A program made the position numbers and the translations under genes. The notes under the pieces are model-generated. The model did no database searches, was not told the origin of the DNA, and saw nothing but the letters and a program-made list of their open reading frames with translations. A stretch of DNA of 63,927 nt, filler included, from Acidimicrobiia bacterium (GTDB taxonomy: Bacteria > Actinomycetota > Acidimicrobiia > Spongiisociales > JAENVV01), in the NCBI GenBank assembly GCA_041577335.1. It is 3 parts of 3 records of this genome, joined end to end, with 100 filler letters (N's around TTAATTAATTAA, not from the genome) between each part and the next. Parts side by side here need not be neighbours in the genome. Positions count along the whole stretch, not along the records: positions 58,334 to 63,927 come from JBFGJH010000106.1; 2 more parts are not named here. The stretch is one strand, 5' to 3'. Numbering within the stretch: position 1 is the first letter of the stretch; every line of letters starts with the position of its first letter. Positions 58,703-63,927 of this stretch are shown here, one piece after another.

Positions 58703-59116
58703 ATGCAGCACTCACGCCTTCCCCGGAGCGCTCGCAACCTGGTTGCGATGACTGCGGTCAATGCGCTCATCTTCGTTGCGTGTGCCGAGCAACGACCCTC
58801 CGTTGCCGAGTGGCAGAGCTCATGGGACACGATTCGAGCCCAGATCCCTGCCGAGAGCGACCTTGCCGACCCACCCGACCGGGATCTGTGCGCGCAGACG
58901 CTGGGGGCCATTCGGACCGATGCTCCCAGCCTGACCCCGACGCCCGACCTCTCGAGCGACGATGCCGTTGCCGATTGGCTGAGCATCGCCGAAGCGGCGT
59001 TCTTTGAATGCCCGCCTGACAGCGGTGAGATCACATCGTTCGCAGTGGCGTACGAGGAGCTTCGTCGATTGGAGAGAGAAGTCGATGTGGCAATCGGGCT
59101 GGCCCCCTCCGGGTGA
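58703..59116 (+). CDS. Hypothetical putative lipoprotein
   Basis: LIFVAC lipobox-like motif; two further Cys. Confidence 0.55.
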   Translation: MQHSRLPRSARNLVAMTAVNALIFVACAEQRPSVAEWQSSWDTIRAQIPAESDLADPPDRDLCAQTLGAIRTDAPSLTPTPDLSSDDAVADWLSIAEAAFFECPPDSGEITSFAVAYEELRRLEREVDVAIGLAPSG

Positions 59117-59457
59117 CCGCTGCCCACAACTCGCCGTTGATCGACTCGACGCGCCTGTCCGGATTGACGAAGAACATCTCCAAACCGCTATGCGCACGAG
59201 CATGATCGTGATTGCAGCGTCGGCACGAGTCTCTCGTCGGACGCGGACATTGCTGTCACTCTTGTTTCGTGACCGTGCACGCCGGCCGCTGGTCGTTACC
59301 CGAGGTTCACAAGCGCCGAACGAAGCGGCCGTCTCCACACCTCGCACGACCCGGCGACGTCTATTGTGGGACGCGAGAGCCGCACCGGTGGGGTCACCGC
59401 ATGGGCCATCTTCGAATACGGACGGGCAATCCGAGGGCGTGCTTCCCGAGGCGGGAA

Positions 59458-60744
59458 GTGCTCCGCCGTTCGGGTGCCACGCTGATTCTGGTCGCGCTCC
59501 TGACGCTGGTCGGTTTGGCGGCCATTGCTCAAGACATCAACTCCGTACTCGTGGCCACCGTCGACGGACCCATCACCCCCGTCACCGCGGAGTATGTGGC
59601 CGATGGGGTTCGCACCGCAGAGGAAGATGGGTACGAGGTCTTCGTCATCGAGCTGGACACCCCGGGCGGTCTTGACGCATCGATGCGCGACATCGTTCAG
59701 GCCTTGCTTGGCGCCCGAGTGCCTGTGGTCGTGTACGTGACCCCTTCGGGCGGCAGGGCCGCGTCGGCCGGGACCTTCATCACGATGGCGGCCCACGTCG
59801 CGGCCATGGCGCCCGGCACGACGATCGGAGCCGCCACCCCCGTCGACCTTCAGGGAGGTGAGATCACCGACAAGATCATCAACGACGCAGCTGCGTTTGC
59901 CGAATCGGTGGCAGACTTCCACGACCGCAATGTCGAGTTCGCGGTCGACGCGGTACGGGACGGCCGGTCCATCACAGCCGACCAGGCCTTTGAACTGGGT
60001 GTCGTCGACCTGCTGGCCCCCGACCTCACCACATTGCTGGATGAAATCGACGGAGAAACGGTCGTAATGGCCGACGGCCGAACGATCGTGCTCGAGACCA
60101 GAGGCACAGGGGTGGATGCATTCGACCCGGGTTTCTTCCGCAATCTCCTGTTGGTCATCGCCGATCCCAATCTGGCCTTCCTGTTCGTCTCCCTGGGCAC
60201 GCTGGCCATCATCTATGAGGTCGCCAACCCCGGGCTGGGACTGGCCGGAATCATCGGCGTTGTCCTATTGATCCTGGGTTTCTTCGCCCTCTCGGTGCTG
60301 CCGGTGACGGTAGCCGGGGGAGCCCTGCTGATCCTGGCGGTCGGTCTCTTCGCCGGGGAGTTATTCGTACCCGGAATCGGGTTGCTGGCCGTCGGCGGCA
60401 CCATCGCCTTGATCGTGGGAGGTCTGCTCCTTTTCGAGGGACCCTTCGGAATCCGGCCAATAGTGCTGTGGCCTGTTGGTCTAGTTGTGGGTGCAGGCGC
60501 GCTGCTGGCAGGACGGCTGACCTGGCGCGCCCGCCGTGCACCGGCGGTGTCCGGGGCGGAGGCGTTGGTGGGACAAAAGGCGGAGGTCGCCATCGCCGAC
60601 GGGTCTCGCGGCCAGGCATTTGTGGAAGGGGCCTGGTGGCGGATCCGGTCTCGCACCGGTCCCCTGCCGGAAGGCCGCATGGTCACAGTCGTCGCCAGCG
60701 ACGGCCTCGAGCTAATCGTCGACGTCGAGGAGGACAACGGATGA
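59458..60744 (+). CDS. nfeD: NfeD family membrane-bound serine protease (start uncertain)
   Basis: [24 protein letters not shown] block, C-terminal OB fold; upstream of slipin. Confidence 0.92.
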   Translation: MLRRSGATLILVALLTLVGLAAIAQDINSVLVATVDGPITPVTAEYVADGVRTAEEDGYEVFVIELDTPGGLDASMRDIVQALLGARVPVVVYVTPSGGRAASAGTFITMAAHVAAMAPGTTIGAATPVDLQGGEITDKIINDAAAFAESVADFHDRNVEFAVDAVRDGRSITADQAFELGVVDLLAPDLTTLLDEIDGETVVMADGRTIVLETRGTGVDAFDPGFFRNLLLVIADPNLAFLFVSLGTLAIIYEVANPGLGLAGIIGVVLLILGFFALSVLPVTVAGGALLILAVGLFAGELFVPGIGLLAVGGTIALIVGGLLLFEGPFGIRPIVLWPVGLVVGAGALLAGRLTWRARRAPAVSGAEALVGQKAEVAIADGSRGQAFVEGAWWRIRSRTGPLPEGRMVTVVASDGLELIVDVEEDNG

Positions 60745-61502
60745 ACGAAACTCTGATAGGCATCGGCTTGGCGGTGCTGGTGGCGGTGGGGCTGGTGATC
60801 GCCGCCGTCCGGATAGCCAAGGAGTACGAGCGAGGCGTGATATTCCGACTCGGCCGGGTGATCGGTGCCAAAGGCCCCGGATTGTTCTTCATAATCCCGG
60901 TCATCGATCGCATGGTGCGTGTCACCCTGCGGACAACCACCATGGATATCCCTCCCCAGGACATCATCACCAGAGACAACGTGACGGTCCGGGTCAATGC
61001 GGTGGCGTATTTCAACGTGGTCGATCCCGTCAAGTCGGTGATCGCCATCGAGAACTACATCTTCGGAACCGGGCAGGTGGCCCAAACCACCCTGCGCAGC
61101 ATCATCGGGCAGGTCGACCTGGACGACCTGTTGATCAAGCGCGACGACATCAACCAGCGCCTCCAGCAGATCATCGATCAACTGACCGATCCCTGGGGCG
61201 TCAAGATGACGCTCGTCGAGGTCAAAGACGTAGAGCTTCCCGACGCAATGCGCCGGGCGATGGCTCGGCAAGCCGAGGCGGAGAGAGAACGGCGGGCCAA
61301 GGTGATCCACGCCAAAGGTGAGCGGGAAGCCGCCGCCGAACTGGGCGAAGCCGCGGCCATCCTCGAGCGATATCCGGCGGCATTTCAGCTACGGGTTTTA
61401 TCCACGATGACCGAAGTTGCGGCGGAGAAGAACTCAACATTGATATTCCCGCTGCCGGTCGACTTGCTGCGTTGGATCGAAGGAGCAACAGAACGGAGCT
61501 AG
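60741..61502 (+). CDS. Slipin/stomatin (SPFH) family protein
   Basis: [37 protein letters not shown]. Confidence 0.95.
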   Translation: MNETLIGIGLAVLVAVGLVIAAVRIAKEYERGVIFRLGRVIGAKGPGLFFIIPVIDRMVRVTLRTTTMDIPPQDIITRDNVTVRVNAVAYFNVVDPVKSVIAIENYIFGTGQVAQTTLRSIIGQVDLDDLLIKRDDINQRLQQIIDQLTDPWGVKMTLVEVKDVELPDAMRRAMARQAEAERERRAKVIHAKGEREAAAELGEAAAILERYPAAFQLRVLSTMTEVAAEKNSTLIFPLPVDLLRWIEGATERS

Positions 61503-61653
61503 GTTCCGCCCCGCAGCCGGCTCCGTCGGAATGGAGTCGGCCGGTGGCAGATCGACTCCCGGACCACGACGGAACGGACCACGATCCAAAGGGCACCTAC
61601 CAGCACTCCCCTTCCGGCTCCACGTGAAGGGCCCTGTCATCATGCCGCGCGAG

Positions 61654-61680
61654 TCGGCGGGGCCAAGAAGGCCCCGCCGA
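61654..61680. terminator. Hairpin between convergent genes
   Basis: 11-bp stem TCGGCGGGGCC-AAGAA-GGCCCCGCCGA. Confidence 0.6.
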
Positions 61681-61716
61681 TAATCCGATCATCGCTTTCC
61701 ACTGGAAGAGGGCCGC

Positions 61717-61956
61717 CTAACCAGAATGACCTTCGTGAGGCTCCATGCGCCGGCTTCCTCTGGTCACCAAATATGCGATCGCCCCAAGCACGTTGAGCAA
61801 GAGGAGGACGATCACCCACAGGATCTGGCTTTGCCCAGTCTTCTCCCAGTCTTCGCTCGGCCGTGTGAGGGCATCAACCAGAGCCCACACCCAAGTCACC
61901 AGGGCGGCCACACCGATGACCATCACAACGAGCTCCATGCCGCCGACGAACCTCAT
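61717..61956 (-). CDS. PLDc N-terminal-domain-like small membrane protein
   Basis: WVWALVDA..W..ILWVIVLLLLNVLGAIAYL; AAAGGG RBS. Confidence 0.75.
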   Translation of the reverse strand: MRFVGGMELVVMVIGVAALVTWVWALVDALTRPSEDWEKTGQSQILWVIVLLLLNVLGAIAYLVTRGSRRMEPHEGHSG

Positions 61957-62101
61957 ACCTGTCCCTTTCCGTCAGTTGAATCGTGCGGATTTAGACCTGC
62001 GCCGACGTCGAAGGTTCCAACATTTCTCAGGTGATTCCGGCAAGGCGGTTGCACGCCTAGCAGCATGGCCTATCACCCACCGACGGACATAGAATCGGCC
62101 C

Positions 62102-62431
62102 ATGAAAGAGTATGCCCACGCATCTCGACGAGATCCGCTCATCACCGCTGCGGCCGTCGCTGGCTTCGGACTTCTCGCTGTCTACGTCACGATCATGGTG
62201 AGCCAAGAATCCACGTTCGCCGATGCTTTTCCGTGGGCACTCATAATGGCCGCCGGCGCGGGAGCCATCGCTGTCGCCGGCCGCATGGGCAATCGCCGGC
62301 ACGCTCGGTGGGTGCTGATTGGGGCAGCCGTCATGTTTGGCCTGCTCGGCTTGGCGAGCCTCCTGTCGATTGGCATCGGCTTCCTCGTCGTGGCGGTACT
62401 GTCCGGCGCCGCGGCTGTCCGGATGACCTAG
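62102..62431 (+). CDS. Small multi-TM hypothetical protein
   Basis: TAGAAT 6 nt before ATG; hydrophobic, LLSIGIGFL. Confidence 0.72.
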   Translation: MKEYAHASRRDPLITAAAVAGFGLLAVYVTIMVSQESTFADAFPWALIMAAGAGAIAVAGRMGNRRHARWVLIGAAVMFGLLGLASLLSIGIGFLVVAVLSGAAAVRMT

Positions 62432-62468
62432 TCGGGCACGTGAGGCATCGTGCCGTGGATGACCACGC

Positions 62469-63467
62469 TCACCGTTCGGCGGCGAGGTACGCCTGCAGCC
62501 GCGTGGCGCTCTCGGCATTGACGATGCGGGGAGGCATCTCGTTGGCGACGATCGCCTCCACCTGTTCGACCGTGTTGGCAGCCTGGCCGAACGCCGCTGT
62601 GGGGGTCAGCCCGCCCAGATGAGGCGTCGCGACCACGTCGGGTCGGGCGGCAAGGCGAGGATTGGGGCGCTGGTCAAGTGCCGAGCCAACGTCCATCCCG
62701 AAGCCTCCGAGGTGGCCCGCCTCCAGCGCCTGCTCTACTGCGCCTTCGTCGATCAGCTCACCACGCGAGACGTTCACGAGGATCGCCCCCGGCTTCATGG
62801 CGGCTATCTGTTCGGGCCCGATCAGATGGACCGTCTCCGCAGAGGAGACTGCCAACGGCACCACGAAGTCGGACTCGGCGAGAAGCTGGGCGAGGGTCAC
62901 CTGCCGGGCCGAGCGCGATTCGACCTCGACGTGAGGGTCCGTCACAAGAATCGTCATCCCCAGGTGGGCGAGCGCCTCCGCCAGGTACGAGCCGATCGCG
63001 CCGTAGCCGATGATTCCGACGGTCGAGCCCCGGAGCTGAGTACCCACGCGCTGCGGTGGCGTATGCCCAAACCGGTATTCAACCGTTGACCGAGATACGT
63101 GGCGGCCAACATCGAGCATCAGCGCCAAGGCCATCTCGGCCGTGGCGGCAACAAAGGTCTTTTCGGCCTGGCCGACCGCCACTCCGGCGCGACTGGCTGC
63201 CTCCACGTCAACAGTGCTGAGGTCCACCGCCGCTCGCAGGAACGCCAAGAGGTTCGGCGAACCATCGAAGAGTTCCGCCTCGCCGGGAGTCGAGCGATGA
63301 GCAACGATGACCTCGCACTCCGCCGCTGCCTCCATCAGCTCAGGCGTCGACAGATCGCGTTCGAAGGGGTTGAGCACGACCTCGACGATCTGTTCCAAAG
63401 AGCCACGAGCATCCCGGTAATACGCATTGAGGTCTTCGGTGTTGTGGGTCAGGAACACGCGGAGCAT
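62469..63467 (-). CDS. D-isomer-specific 2-hydroxyacid dehydrogenase family protein
   Basis: GIIGYGAIG, MKPGAILVNVSRG, MDV, TPHLGG. Confidence 0.9.
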   Translation of the reverse strand: MLRVFLTHNTEDLNAYYRDARGSLEQIVEVVLNPFERDLSTPELMEAAAECEVIVAHRSTPGEAELFDGSPNLLAFLRAAVDLSTVDVEAASRAGVAVGQAEKTFVAATAEMALALMLDVGRHVSRSTVEYRFGHTPPQRVGTQLRGSTVGIIGYGAIGSYLAEALAHLGMTILVTDPHVEVESRSARQVTLAQLLAESDFVVPLAVSSAETVHLIGPEQIAAMKPGAILVNVSRGELIDEGAVEQALEAGHLGGFGMDVGSALDQRPNPRLAARPDVVATPHLGGLTPTAAFGQAANTVEQVEAIVANEMPPRIVNAESATRLQAYLAAER

Positions 63468-63672
63468 CGCCGAACTCTATCGATCGCGGCCTGCTTCTCT
63501 GCAGAGAGCGGCATTGGCGCCGGCCTTCCACACTGAGAGCGCGAAAACAACCGGCCGGACCTGCGACAACTGCGGAGGGTGGTTGAGTAGTTTCGGAGTC
63601 GGCGCATCTTGTTGGAGACGTGCTGACACAACGGGCATCGACCCATCTTCCGACCATCCAAGGGGTAGTGAA

Positions 63673-63927
63673 GTGAACGTAGCGACGAGGCGGAATCCGG
63701 TCCTGACGGTACTGATCGTGTTGGCGATGGTCGCGGCATTGCTGCCCGCCCTGGTGGCGACCGCGTCGCAAGTGGGGGCCGCATCAGCCGGTGATCTGGT
63801 GATCAACGAGATCATGCAGAACCCGTCCGCGGTCTCAGACGCCAACGGCGAGTGGTTCGAGGTTTACAACGCCACCGGCGCTCCGATCGACATGAACGGC
63901 TTCGTTATCAGAGACGACGACTTCGAC
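63673..63927 (+). CDS. Secreted lamin-tail-domain protein (partial, runs off window; absent from ORF track)
   Basis: Signal peptide then DLVINEIMQNP..NGEWFEVYN..IDMNG. Confidence 0.82.
   Translation, partial: MNVATRRNPVLTVLIVLAMVAALLPALVATASQVGAASAGDLVINEIMQNPSAVSDANGEWFEVYNATGAPIDMNGFVIRDDDFD

Overview
High-GC actinobacterial genomic DNA; gene content suggests an Acidimicrobiia-like lineage (inference). The window is three contigs joined by artificial 100-bp N/TTAATTAATTAA linkers (29117-29216, 58234-58333), so nothing can be inferred across those points. Contig 1 is core genome: end of prcA, pafA, pafBC, tatBC, helY, the nagD-tlyA-nadK-recN-pyrG-xerD-scpAB-rluB block, an aroA-cmk fusion, ispH, der and tRNA-Pro. 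Contig 2 carries radA-disA-carD-PIN/TRAM-ispDF-cysS-rlmB-tRNA-Thr, transport and lipid genes, then an accessory stretch with a STAND ATPase-TPR protein, oxidoreductases and orphan membrane/lipoproteins. Contig 3 has nfeD-slipin, a 2-hydroxyacid dehydrogenase and the start of a lamin-tail-domain protein. I see no CRISPR array, rRNA, transposase or prophage. Best leads: (1) CarD with an N-terminal histone H1-like KKPAA tail; (2) a dispersed multi-hairpin element with compensatory substitutions starting 1 nt after three stop codons; (3) a leaderless pyrG promoter shaped like a CTP-sensing start-site switch; (4) candidate PafBC promoters at radA and the recN operon; (5) pervasive leaderless gene starts. 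All calls come from motif recognition by eye, with no database searches.
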